A stretch of DNA of 55,305 nucleotides, counting the filler, from Diploschistes diacapsis (lineage: Eukaryota), in assembly GCA_023645945.1 (NCBI GenBank). It is 5 parts of 5 records of this genome, joined end to end, with 100 filler letters (N's around TTAATTAATTAA, not from the genome) between each part and the next. Parts side by side here need not be neighbours in the genome. Positions count along the whole stretch, not along the records: positions 11,099 to 22,084 come from JALAIB010000866.1; positions 22,185 to 33,163 come from JALAIB010000867.1; 3 more parts are not named here. One strand, written 5' to 3'. A program made the position numbers and the translations under genes. Under the pieces are notes generated by a model. The model did not search any database and was not told the origin of the DNA. It worked only from the letters and a program-made list of their open reading frames with translations. Shown here piece by piece: positions 14,501 to 25,149 of the stretch (its first letter is position 1; every line of letters starts with the position of its first letter).

Positions 14501-14746
14501 GCGGCATGTAATATCTTTGAGTATTTTGTTCAAGGCGTGGCCAATGTGCAGGGTCCCATTCGCATATGGAGGTCCATCGTGGAGAACAAATGCAGGCCCG
14601 CGCCCAACTTCGCGCTGCCACGCATAGAGTTCGTCAGTACATCTTCGATTGTATAGTTTCAGCTTCTCACTTTCTCCAAGGAAGAAGCGAGCCGGGAATG
14701 TGGACTTGGGGAGACGTAGAGTTGGACCCCATGATGTGAAGGACAT
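11573..14746 (-). CDS. ISM1: Isoleucyl-tRNA synthetase, mitochondrial/bacterial type; first in-frame ATG at 14746, with the frame open to 14866
   Basis: HDGPPYANG.LHIGH, PGWDCHGLPIE, IWTTTPWT, WCISRQRAWG, EGTDQHRGWFQS, KMSKS and the C-terminal Zn finger KCMRCW..CTRC. Confidence 0.95.
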   Translation of the reverse strand: MSFTSWGPTLRLPKSTFPARFFLGESEKLKLYNRRCTDELYAWQREVGRGPAFVLHDGPPYANGTLHIGHALNKILKDITCRYQVLKGRRVHFRPGWDCHGLPIELKALQSRPSTTPSKPLQVRAHARKLARDAIEDQKHDFRKWAIMADWSRAWTTMDKEYELRQLEIFKDMVKNGQIYRRLKPVYWSPSTMTALAEAELEYNADHTSVAAFVKFPMVTLPKRLKKQLEHTEDAVNAVIWTTTPWTIPANKAIAVHKQLEYVVVRSPMHGTLLVAKTRLSEFGKIVNEDLGDRVLGTCLGSELVGTEYRHPLLSKQAPPQPVFHADFVSADSGTGLVHVAPGHGMDDYKLCQEYGIEPFAPVDDQGRFTTEVLPDEPQLLGGLSVLDPGSHAVLELLRGRGYLINEQAYKHKYPYDWRSKTPVIIRSTRQWFADLSDIRESALQSLHSVRFVPDGGHDRLSSFVRGRSEWCISRQRAWGVPIPALYDKDTGEAIMTAESISHIISVMMERGTGAWWVDDETDQSWVLPALRDDGVFLRGKETMDVWFDSGTSWQEIGSELGGQASPTADVYLEGTDQHRGWFQSSLLTKIASQIGSRVPAPVAPFKTLVTHGFTLDSKGKKMSKSEGNVVSPNDIIEGKLAPPVRNLRDKKLTHRGFGPDALRLWVASSDCSHDIQVGKLVAKSVNINMTKLRVTFKLLLGLLDTHQPQQRASFDSLRATDQMALIRLRNLSSAVHDAYSKFEYHRAAAAILSYINTDFSSFYFQTVKDRLYASAAKSPSRINAQLVVWEIFKNLLHLLYPITPLLIEEALDHLPAQHRGFHPVKTMHGSNVIEQYRAITGPWLDPVLEADMPYLSALSDTVNTTQEIGRKKKQLGSSLQCFVAIRLPDAPTAPGAIDPFREVLLRRVRDLEDILVVSRVELYTHTPTDSKPDTTAPAPCAASNILPNPPLALEDAPWKYSAAHSYTSPDGQLRRTAIDVYAPAADKCMRCWKYNVPTDANLEESMCTRCLGVVEGAYNWEIWEGKLRMRAVAKKCRRGEVEGWEEMREHWDFGET

Positions 14747-16239
14747 GCTTTGAATCCATGCAGATCTTACAGAAGAAAAACCGATCTTTTTAATTAGCAA
14801 TGTTCTCGGAATTAGCCGAGGCTCAAGAGCTTGAAGCTTGGGGAGAGCTCCAATGGTCCTTGACAGCTATTATGAAGGTTGTTTGGACTCATAGGGCTTG
14901 CTTTTGAATTCTTTACATGTTATGTTATTAAGATATACAAATATGGGCTGGCTATCGTTTGATTATGGAAACACAAATATTAATGAACCGAGAGAAATAA
15001 TATGCGAAGCTCTATATTCGACGATACACTAGATACCTTTATCCTAACTTCAACACGCCAATCACAATCGAAGCTTCCATTAAATGAGCTGTACATTTAC
15101 TGCTACTCTTTGTTATAACGGAGGATCATAGTCTTCTCAGCAACAACACATAGCTCTGGCATCCGTAGATTTACAAAAGACCAGCTTGCACAGACCCGGC
15201 TTGAGTGCCGATGACCTGGATACCCGTAGAACTCGAAGTCAGCGCCCAAACCTGTTAAGAGTCGGCCTCATCAAACATCTGGGTGGGAAATGAAGTTGAC
15301 GGCCTCATAGCTGGTCAAAGTCTTGTAATTTGTGGTGTACTGCACCTACTGGACAGATTGCCACAGCTGGGTGAGGTTGATGGGCGCAGCCTTGCAGGCT
15401 TCGAGGCCAATGTTGCTCGTGATTTTCTCGTACTCGAACGGGACTAGACAATGGGCCGTTGGGGGTTTTAATGACTGGCCTGGATGTAGTTGGTGTATCT
15501 ACTTGTGATAGCAGCCCGTGGCGCCGCAGAACGGACTTGCTCCTGCGGCGAAATAGCTAAATAGGTGCTGCAGCGGAGAATCTGAACACCATTATCATCA
15601 CAACAGAAGACACTTTACACAAAGTAATTAAAAGCGCGTAGAACAGCTTGAAAAGAGAAAAGGAGTATCCGACAACGCCCACATATGAGGAGAAATGTTG
15701 ATAGTGCAAGCCTTTAGCCACACGCAGACAAGGAATCCGGTCCTCGGGGTTCTTGGGAATGCTCTGGTCCATATAACCATACAATACAAAGTCCCCCCCA
15801 AGCAAACGATGGACCGAAGCTGGCGAGCGCCATGTAAGATAGGCAACAGAGGACTGGAGTTTATGCTTTTAGAGCAAACTTTAATCGTAGATGTCTCATG
15901 GAGTGGGAATACTAAAGTATACCCCCTGTGCTTGGGTGAGACCACCTATAGGTCACGTTCCATATGAAGCACCATATGGCGCCAGCGATGCCAATAAGAT
16001 ATAGAAATAAGAAACATAACAATGCATGTAGTGGGTATATCCGTACAGTACTATTATTTTACATATTTTGGCTACAATTGTATTCTTGAATACCTTACAG
16101 GATATGAATTTTTACCGCCCTTGTTGAAATGTCTCTATGCTAATAATGACTTGCAGTGCCATAGGACTCCCTGGGATATCTCTTGTGCAACCTTGTCCGT
16201 CAATGCATGCCATCAAACGCCTGCACCTACCTGGCCCAT

Positions 16240-17876
16240 TCAATATACCGTCAAACAACTAACTGCGTCATTCTTCAGAACCTCAAATAACAGGCCAGGG
16301 AATCCGTAAAGGTCCGTGTTTCCTAAGGTGGCTTTCGACGCACCCTCTATTCTTACCGAGTCCATGCTTTCCTCCCATCCACCTAGGAGCTCTATACTGC
16401 TTCCAGGGCTGTCGCCCCAGCCTCTGTTGAGAACCATATGCTTCTGAGTGATGGCTCTACCGTCATCATCGGCAGGAGTGTTCCGCCATATATCTTTCAA
16501 AGAATGCAGAATATCAGAGAATGGCGTCTCGGAGTCGAGAGGACCATTGGGGCCCTGGACTTGATCTTGGTCCAATACCCAGCGACTCCTTCGATGTCTG
16601 TTGAAAGCATGCGAGCCAGGTATGTTCCCATGTAATAAAAGTTTCGTAGCGACAAGCTGGTTTCCGGGAACAGACCGCTCAATCGGTTTTTGATCTTGCG
16701 TGCTGTCCTCAGTTCTTTTCGACTCGGCCGAGTTTCTCAAAGACGGATTAAGCGAGGGTGAAAGGATTGAGGGGTACGACACAAAGATGTCAAAGCCGTG
16801 ATCGAAGTAGTTGTAGAAGCATTCGACGGCAAGGGTGCCACTGCCTTCAATTATCGCATCTTCATCTGGGCTCGAGTAATCCGTGGCTGTACTGATCGAA
16901 GAACGATCGGTATCAGAAATGGATCCAAACTGCCCGGGCGAGCCAGGGTTCAGTGGAGTGTTATCCGAGTGGCTAAACGTTCGATCTTTGTGTATCGACA
17001 ATCTTCGATCATGCTTACGGTAAATAGCGTCTGGAGGCCCAAGGTTCGTCACGAGATCTTGGGGTGTGCTTTCACCTAATCGCAGATGAAAGGCAGGAGA
17101 GCTACGTCGCCGCATCTCAACCTGGCCCTTTCCCTGGATAACAAGAAGCTCGATCCCGTCAGGACACGATTCCTTACTCCGCCCGCTGAGAGCAAGCGAC
17201 CGCGGATGTGGACAAGTCCGTGTAAACAAATCCTGTCGAGCCTCCTCCCAAGACGACCCATTGAAGATTGACAGACTATTAGCAGGGGAGGTTGCGGGAG
17301 ATGAAAGTACAGAAACAAAGTCGGCGTTCTTGGGCCAACGATGGGCTGCGAAAGAGAATGCGATTCCGGGGTAGGAAAGAACGTACGTCCCGGAGTCCTG
17401 AGGTTGACTGGAAGACGCGTAGAACTCGCCGGCGAAGGTAGGCCCAAATAGTTTACTGTAGATGTGACGAAACGCAGGGCCATTGGCCTCGGACGCTACA
17501 GCTGCGGCACCGATTGGACTAGCATTCTCCGGTACCTTTACCAGTTCTATGCCCTTGTAGGTCAGGGATGTCTTGGTGAAGTCGATGACCTCGATAAGCC
17601 TTAGTCGTTGGTCAGGTCCGTCAAAGCGAAGCCGAAGCCCATTAGAGGGGAGATTGAGATTTATCGGAGCATGTATAGGCTGTTCTGGCGCATACTCAAG
17701 GTTGATGGTTGGGAAGACATTCGGCTGGGCTTTCAGGCGAACAAGTACGTCCCTTAGTGAGCCTCCAAGTACTACAAAACAATTAATATATACTTTTCTT
17801 GAAGCTTGGATTCCTTACACAAGAACCCAAGGCCTTTCCCTGGATTTATAGGCAGTGATGGCCTGCTTTGAGCCAT
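16240..17876 (-). CDS. UPF0183 / PHAF1 (C16orf70-like) protein; exons 17876-17819, 17771-16240
   Basis: PGKGLGF|LLGGSL, NGLRLRFDGPDQRLRLIEV, FGPTFAGEF, YVLSYPGIAFSF, TPQDLVTNLGPP, FYNYFDHGFDI, KLLLHGNIPGS and LYGFPGLLFEVLKN. I traced the frame by hand and it is continuous upstream of the listed ORF. Confidence 0.88.
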
Positions 17877-18337
17877 ATAAGCTGTTCCTCACCAGCTGTA
17901 GCTGTTAGTTAGCCAGGTTCAAGAACCACAATGCTCAAAGCTGCGTTATTGCTCTAAATATCATTTATCAAAGCTTTTAATACCGAGAATATAGTGCAAA
18001 CACAAACACAGATGAACCAGCATCGTGTTGCGTTGTAGAAAGAGAGAAAGCCAAGTCAGTCATCACCACGAGTAGTATCATCCGCCCTGCAAGTGTGATC
18101 CAGACTTGAACCCCACGTGCCATTAGGTACTGCCAAGCCCTACCTGCCAAACGCAAATGATTGGCTCGTTTAAGCTCAGAGTAAACAAGACTAAACGTTG
18201 TTTACTTTGATGCTGGCCGCCCTTCTAGCCATCTTCAACCTCATGATGTTTTAATTTGTATCATTGCAGCTTCCACTTTCCCGAGGTCGTCGGCTCCCAT
18301 TCTTTCCGCGTTTGGCTGTGTTGTGCTCTTCTGCAAG

Positions 18338-21300
18338 ATGCCGCAACCAATGCGTGCCCCAACTGGGGTTCCTCTAAAACGAGCCGTATCTACATCAGCG
18401 CGACCTCCAGCGACGAAGGCTGGCTCCTCTGCTCCTCCACTGAGCTTGAACCGCTATCGAGCAGGAACAACATCACCCACACACAGCATTGCCTCCTCCC
18501 GTCCTGTGACCCCTGGTGCAGGCGTTAAGCGCAAGCAGAGAGAGAGCGAGATGGAAGGGGGTGAGGAGACGAATATACATGTCGTTGTGCGGTGTAGAGG
18601 AAGAAATGACAGAGAAGTTCGGGAGAACAGTGGCGTGGTCGTTGCCACTGAAGGCGCGAGAGGAAAAAGTGTGGAGCTATCCATGGGGCCGAACGCCCTC
18701 AGCAACAAGACCTACCATTTCGACAAGGTCTTCTCTCCGGCGGCTGATCAATCTATGATCTACGACGATGTTGTGTCCCCTATCCTAGATGAGGTACGCT
18801 CTGTATTAGGATCTATAGGGCTTTCTAATTAGGTTACAGATGCTCAAGGGATTTAATTGTACAATATTCGCGTACGGACAAACAGGAACGGGGAAAACAT
18901 ATACAATGTCAGGGGACATGGCGGATACGCTCGGATTATTGTCCGATGCAGCTGGTATTATTCCCAGAGTTCTATACTCTCTGTTCCGAAAGCTTGAGAA
19001 TGATGAGGCTGAGTGTTCCATCAAATGCTCCTTTATCGAACTCTACAACGAAGAACTAAGAGACTTACTTGCTGTGGAAGAAAACACCAAGCTCAAGCTA
19101 TTCGAGGATGGGCAAAAGAAAGGCCATAGCACGACATTTGTACAGGGCATGGAAGAATCGCATATCAGAAGCGCTCAAGAAGGTGTGCAGCTTCTGCAGG
19201 AGGGTAGTCATAAGAGACAAGTTGCAGCCACAAAGTGCAACGATCTCAGCTCGCGGAGTCACACAGTATTTACCATCACCACTTACATCAAGCGGACGAC
19301 CGACACTGGAGAAGACTTTCTGTGCTCTGGAAAGCTAAATCTTGTGGATCTTGCAGGAAGTGAGAACATCCAGCGCAGTGGTGCAGAGAACAAGCGCGCC
19401 GCTGAGGCTGGCCTTATTAACAAGAGTCTCCTGACCCTTGGGAGAGTTATTAATGCTTTAGTCGATAGGGGCTCCCATATTCCATACCGAGAATCCAAGC
19501 TCACGCGCCTGCTGCAAGATTCGCTAGGAGGTCGCACCAAAACTTGCATAATCGCAACTATCTCACCTGCTAAGTCCAACCTCGAAGAGACCATTTCAAC
19601 ACTAGACTACGCTTTTCGGGCGAAGAACATTAGGAACAAGCCACAGATGAACCAGATGATCGAGAAGAAGACGCTCCTTCGGGAATTTACGGCAGAAATA
19701 GAGAAACTCAAGAGTGAACTGGTTGCCGCTCGGCAACGTAATGGTGTTTACTTAACCAATGAAATCTATGAGCAGATCCAGATAGAGAGCGAATCGAGGA
19801 GGATCTTGTCAGAAGAACAGAAGGCGAAGATCGAGACAATGGAAGCAAGTCTGAGGAACAAGGTTCAAGAACTCTTCAGCCTAACAAATAACTTTGCCAG
19901 TCTCAAGAAGGACCACGAATCTCTCAAGATGGCACTTGACGACACAAGCGATGTTTTACAGAAGACGGAGATGGTTCTGGCGGATACAAGGAAGAACCTG
20001 GCCGAGGAAACAATCTTGCGTGCCGCTCATGAAGCCACAGAAGAAGAGCTGAATGTCAAGGGAAAAGAGCTTATTTCAACCTTGGGTAGGACTGTGAAGG
20101 ACGTCGATGGCCTGAGAGCCAAGGTCAAGAGGAAGTCTGACGTCCAAATGCTGAACCGCACAAAGTGGCAGTCTTCCCAAAGTCAGATCTCAGACGTCAC
20201 AAAGGCTGTGGAGAGCAAAGTTGAGGAGTTTCAGACATCCCACAAGCATTTGGTGGAGGGTCTTGCATTGAAGCTGCAGGAACATGTTCGCAGAGAGCTG
20301 GAGAGCTTTGCGAAGCAAAACTCCTCGACTAAAACTTCTTCTCAAGCGTTTCGAGACTGCCAGGATCAAATTACAGAGCAAGCGTCCAAAGGTCGAGACG
20401 AAATGAACGGTGTGCTGGAAGAGATCAAAGTTCTGCGGGAAGATGTCAAAGAGAAGGTGGGTGAAGGACTTCAGGGCCTGTCAGCTGCAGCTGGCCGGAT
20501 CTCTGCTGGTGTGATTGAGGAGCTGGATCGATTTCACACTCAGGTAAGCGAGCCTCAGCCTCCCCCTTATCTGGTGCTAACGGCTTGTAGCTCAACAACT
20601 CTTACCGCTCGATAGGGAAAGACATGAAATGCATATTCGATGACCTTACCAGGCACTTGAAGGCACAGAAGGCCGAAGCGGAAGAACTTCGGCAACAGCT
20701 CACCGCGGCTACGACCTCGGCGGCAGAGTCGGGAGAACGTCTCTCGATAAGGCTGGAGTCTTGTCTGGAGGAAGAACGTCAGCAAGCAACAGTAGATAGG
20801 GAATCTCTGGTGTCTCAAATCACCACATTGATTCAGACCAACGGTGTTGCTCAAGAACAACGTTTCTCCAATAAGATTAACGGCATACGGGACGAAATGG
20901 CTGTAGCTAAAACTGAACTGCGGACGGCGGAGCAAGAATATTCAGTGTCAATGGACCTGTGGTCTAAGAAGGAGAATGATCTGGTGGACGAGGTTTTGAA
21001 GTCACGGGAGACTCTCAAGAAGAAGCTCCAGAAAGACTGGGAGACGGTAGAGAAACACAGCACTTCGATCGAATCGACCACAAAGTCCGTGCATGGCGAG
21101 ACCGTCCGCATTGTCGAGGCTCAGATGAGAGACATGGCAATTCAGATGCAGGCCCTGGACGATTTCGTGACGCGAGCGCGGAACCACAACGACAAACAGC
21201 AAGCCTCGCAGTCCAAGCTCTTCGACAGACTCTCTTCCACTGTTTTCGACTCGTACGATGCAACAGAGCGCAGCACTGAATCCTCCAAACGAACTCTCAA

Positions 21301-22054
21301 CACCTTCAACGCGGACCTCGCCACCACGCACTCTTCACTCGCCTCATTACCTCCAACCTTAACCACCTCAGTACAACAGCCCCTCGTCGATCTCCGCGCC
21401 TCCATCCTCTCCGCTCCCTTAACAGAGTACACCACAACGGGCACCACCCCCCAAAGAACAAGCTACGCCTACCCCACCACTCTCCCCCGCACAAAACCCC
21501 ACGCCGAGCTCCTCGGCAAAGCTCCTCCCCCAGCGTCCTCGGAGCCCCAAAGCAGCACCATCCTCGACGTCCCCGACCTCCTCGACAACCCCTTGCCCCT
21601 CTCGCCCAGCAAACCCACCATCTACACGGACTCGCACGCCCCGGCCTCCATGCCGCGGCCCGCGACCGCCGACCCCGCCGGCCTGCGCGAACTCTCCATC
21701 AACCTGACCACCAACGCCTCCTCCCCCGTGCGCCGCAGCGATCCCTCGTCCCTCTCCTCTCTCCCGCGCTCCGCGTCTGCGGACAGGGACAGGAACAGGG
21801 ACAGGGACAGGGAAAACCGGACGGAGGACCTGGGCAAGAGCCTGGCGCTGGCGAGCAGCCTCATGGGCCCGCCGCCGCTGAAGAGGGTGGCGACCGACGG
21901 CAATGCGGTGGGGAGCAGGTTGCCGAAGGGGAACGGGAACGGGAAGGCTGGGGCGGGGAGGAGCGTGGCGGAGGGGAGAGACAATGCGCCTGCTGGGTTC
22001 GGTGCGAGCTTGGGGGGTGGACGGAGGCTGCGGAGCGGTGCGAGGGGGTCGTGA
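18338..22054 (+). CDS. bimC: Kinesin-5 (BimC/Cin8/Eg5 family); exons 18338-18793, 18840-20543, 20591-22054
   Basis: NIHVVVRCR, FAYGQTGTGKT, SSRSH, LNLVDLAGSE, HIPYRESKLT, a long coiled coil and the BimC-box-like TGTTPQR. Both introns are canonical. Confidence 0.95.
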
Positions 22055-22084
22055 GGCTTTTTGTTCGTGTGTGGTGGGGTGGGA

Positions 22085-22184
22085 NNNNNNNNNNNNNNNN
22101 NNNNNNNNNNNNNNNNNNNNNNNNNNNNTTAATTAATTAANNNNNNNNNNNNNNNNNNNNNNNNNNNNNNNNNNNNNNNNNNNN
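22085..22184. other. Artificial contig spacer
   Basis: N44-TTAATTAATTAA-N44. Confidence 0.98.
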
Positions 22185-22330
22185 GCCTAGTATATACGTT
22201 TGCGTCGTAATATATTTCATATATAAAACGCATATAAATTATTATAAGAACTAAATATGAGCTAAACGGTTTAATAACCTATATTATATGCGCTGAAAGA
22301 GCGGCGCAATACCTGTTTCGGAGTCAAACT
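22185..22330. repeat. AT/TpA-rich contig-end segment (RIP-like repeat remnant)
   Basis: tagtatatacg..tatatttcatatataaaacgcatataaattattataag is strongly AT- and TA-rich compared with the flanking DNA. Confidence 0.4.
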
Positions 22331-22824
22331 GTGATAAATGGTTATTCTACTATACTAAAACACCCGCTTACCGGCTTCCCTTTTGCCTTGGGCGTCTCTC
22401 CTGGAATCTTTCACTCACCAAACAATAGGCCCGGACTATGTCCACGACACTGCTGCATTTCACCTTGTAGTAGCATCATGCACGACCCAGTTCTACCTAG
22501 CCCCTTCATAATGTGATTGGCTTATGAACAGACCTTCATGCAAGAATTCGGAGAGCAATACAGCGTGATCAGCTCCATTCCAATGAGGCCGAAAGTGCAC
22601 TTTGAGATTGAAAACAATTGGGGTTTATCGCTTTTCTCACATTTTTACGTTTATTTCATTATATTGGAAACACTTGGGCCCCGGCTATCCCACTTCCTCG
22701 GTGTTTTCTTCTTCAGGAAAGGGGAGACTGACTAGCATTGTTGAATCGCGTTATTCCTCTTGAGCTTTGACTGAACTGTCTTACGAGCTGTCCATCCAAG
22801 CAAAGCTTATAACTTTCTTCAACT

Positions 22825-23798
22825 ATGGCACCTGTAGAGCTTCCTTGTCAGATCCACGTTAAGAAGGTCGAAGACAGCGACGGCGACAGTGGACAGACAC
22901 AGGAAGCGACGATCCTCTCTGTTGGAGACTGCCCTGATATAGGAATCGAGATACGCACACGCTGGGCGGCTGAGCTGATGAAGTGCTTTGCGCAAACTCG
23001 GGAACCTCGCACTTCTATCCGACCATGGGATTTTGTTGCCAGATTAAATGGATCTATCGAGTCTCTACCGATGCCGGTATCAGAAGATAAACTCTGCAAG
23101 GGCTATCCCGCTCGCTTCCAGATACCGCCAAGCACCTTACATGGGTTTGATCACGAGGAAAAGGTCAGAAGAATGGAAATGTTCGCAATGGCTAGTCTGC
23201 TCTACGAGATCATGTCCGGGAGGAAGCCGTTTGAGGGATTGACCGACAAGGAGGTGCAGCATCACTTCATCAATGGTGATTTCCCCGATGACGCCGCTGC
23301 TTTGCCCAACTCAGCATTTATCCTGTCGGGTTGGAGTGAGGAGTTCTCGCAGGAGCTAGCAAGACAAGGTTTGCCAGATTGGAGACGTCTTTCAGAAGCT
23401 TCTGACGATTCATAGTGAAAACACAAGATGTCAGCCTTTTCCAAGCCACGAGTGAATATGTCAGAGCCCATCCAGTGCGAGCTGGTCTGCAAATATTGGG
23501 CCTTACTGTCTCTACTCTATCCTTCCTGGCAGTGCCGGTACTTGGAGCTGTCGGATTCACTGCTGTAGGACCAGCTGCCGGCTCTGCTGCTGCAGCTTGG
23601 CAAGCGTCGATTGGGGCAGTCCAGGCTGGTAGCCTTTTTGCTTGGTGTCAGAGTGCGGCGATGGGCGGAGCGGCTGTGAGTAGTATACAAGCTGCTGGTA
23701 TCGCTGGTACGGCACTTGCAAGAGTGGCCGATGTTCCAGGGTTGGTAGAAACATTTAAGAGATGTTTCCGTACCCCGAACCGAGGACTGCAACTTTGA
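22825..23798 (+). CDS. Degenerate protein-kinase C-lobe fused to an IFI6/IFI27 (ISG12)-like membrane domain; exons 22825-23368, 23416-23798 (308 aa)
   Basis: Exon 1 has EMFAMASLLYEIMSGRKPFEG..F..GDFP (kinase subdomain IX-X-like) but no GxGxxG, HRD or DFG. Intron GTTTGC..CTGAC..TAG keeps the frame. Exon 2 has LGAVGFTAVGPAAGSAAAAWQASIGAVQAGSLFAWCQSAAMGG. Confidence 0.75.
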
Positions 23799-24206
23799 GA
23801 TAGTTAATGCAACGTCACAAGAGCCTGAAGAGATGCAAAAAAGATGTCTTTCATCCACCGTATCTCAAAGAGACCTCCTCTAGAGACCCGAGTGCCGAAC
23901 TGCGGTACATAGCTAGTCATTATGTAAAGGCTTCTGTCGTTGGGCTAGGCTTAGCGAGTGAGTTGAAGGTTTTTCTGTTACCCTGGGTCATATTAGGCTC
24001 TAGCCTGGGCGTCCACGTGACCCAAGTTTGGTAGAGTTTATTATCTCCACAGATAAATTCGGGTGAAGCATAGGCACTGACCCTAATGCCACGTCACCTT
24101 GGTACTAGCTACGCTAGGGTACTAGCACCCACGTTAAATAACTCCAACAACATCGTCAATTTCCCTGACTTTAACGCCGTGCCTTTCAATCCCGTAACCT
24201 GCGGCC

Positions 24207-24824
24207 ATGGAGCACCATAACATTCTATCAAACAACGGTACAAGGGAGAGGTTGCTAGCAGTATTGGCCCTGGTAATCGAGACTTCACTGGTAAGCCAAA
24301 AAAGATGAACGCTCTTACTTTACTTCACGGCCGTGGAATCTCAGACTGAGAATGCTTCGTATTTAGGGAGATTTATTCGAACTCTGCTTCAGTATTATCT
24401 TGCCATTCTGGATAATGCCAAGTTATCTCACATCCTTGACCGTCTTGGCGACTTCACCGCTTTTGTTGCCAGCTACGTGCGCAAGCATCCGTGGGAAACG
24501 GCATTCGCTCTCCTTAGCATTCTCAGCCTAACGATGGTTCCTGTCATACTACCCGCAATAGGCTTTTCTGTCATAGGACCGGTCGCTCAAAGCATAGCGG
24601 CTGCGTGACAATCCTCGATCGGAATCGTGGCTGCCGGAACTCCGTTTGCTTTCTTGCAAAGTGCCGCTATGGGTGGATCAGCCGCGGGTTTGTTTTATGG
24701 TGCTGGTGCTGCAGGACTGGCTGTATTGGCGGGTAAGAAAGCTGCTGACTGGGCGTTCAGATGGTGGCGTAGGGAAGAGCGACAAGGTGAGGGAGGCCCA
24801 GGCAATGAATCTGGCTTGATATGA
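24207..24824 (+). pseudogene. Second IFI6/IFI27-like gene with one in-frame TGA (24606-24608); predicted exons 24207-24290, 24345-24824
   Basis: LPAIGFSVIGPVAQSIAAA*QSSIGIVAAGTPFAFLQSAAMGG aligns to the upstream paralogue, with the stop in place of W. The frame is otherwise intact. Confidence 0.75.
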
Positions 24825-25149
24825 AGAGCAACGCCGGGTTAGAGGGATGAATAATGGTAAGAAATCAAAATTTAATGCTGGCAGTAAGGCTCCCATTTTA
24901 CCTGTTGCGAAGCCGCGGCCAGGGCCTACCAAGCCGGTACTAGAACAAAAAACTAGTGAGCATTTAGCCGCTGTGCCCGAAACGAGGCTACCAATCAATT
25001 TGCCGCTCATCTTGGATTGCTTATCTTGATGTGACCGCCCCCGCATTGTCTTTATTGCCTAAGATGTCCCACAGCTTCATCACCTCCTTTCCGGTCTCCC
25101 CACCTTCTCCCATCCTCCATTAATCACAACTTCGTTGTGAACCTTCGAT

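Noticed and set aside
24606..24608. TGA read as selenocysteine or through a TGA=Trp genetic code
   Set aside because: The aligned residue is Trp, not Cys, and Dikarya lack Sec machinery. These are intron-containing nuclear genes, and neighbouring genes use TGA as a true terminator.
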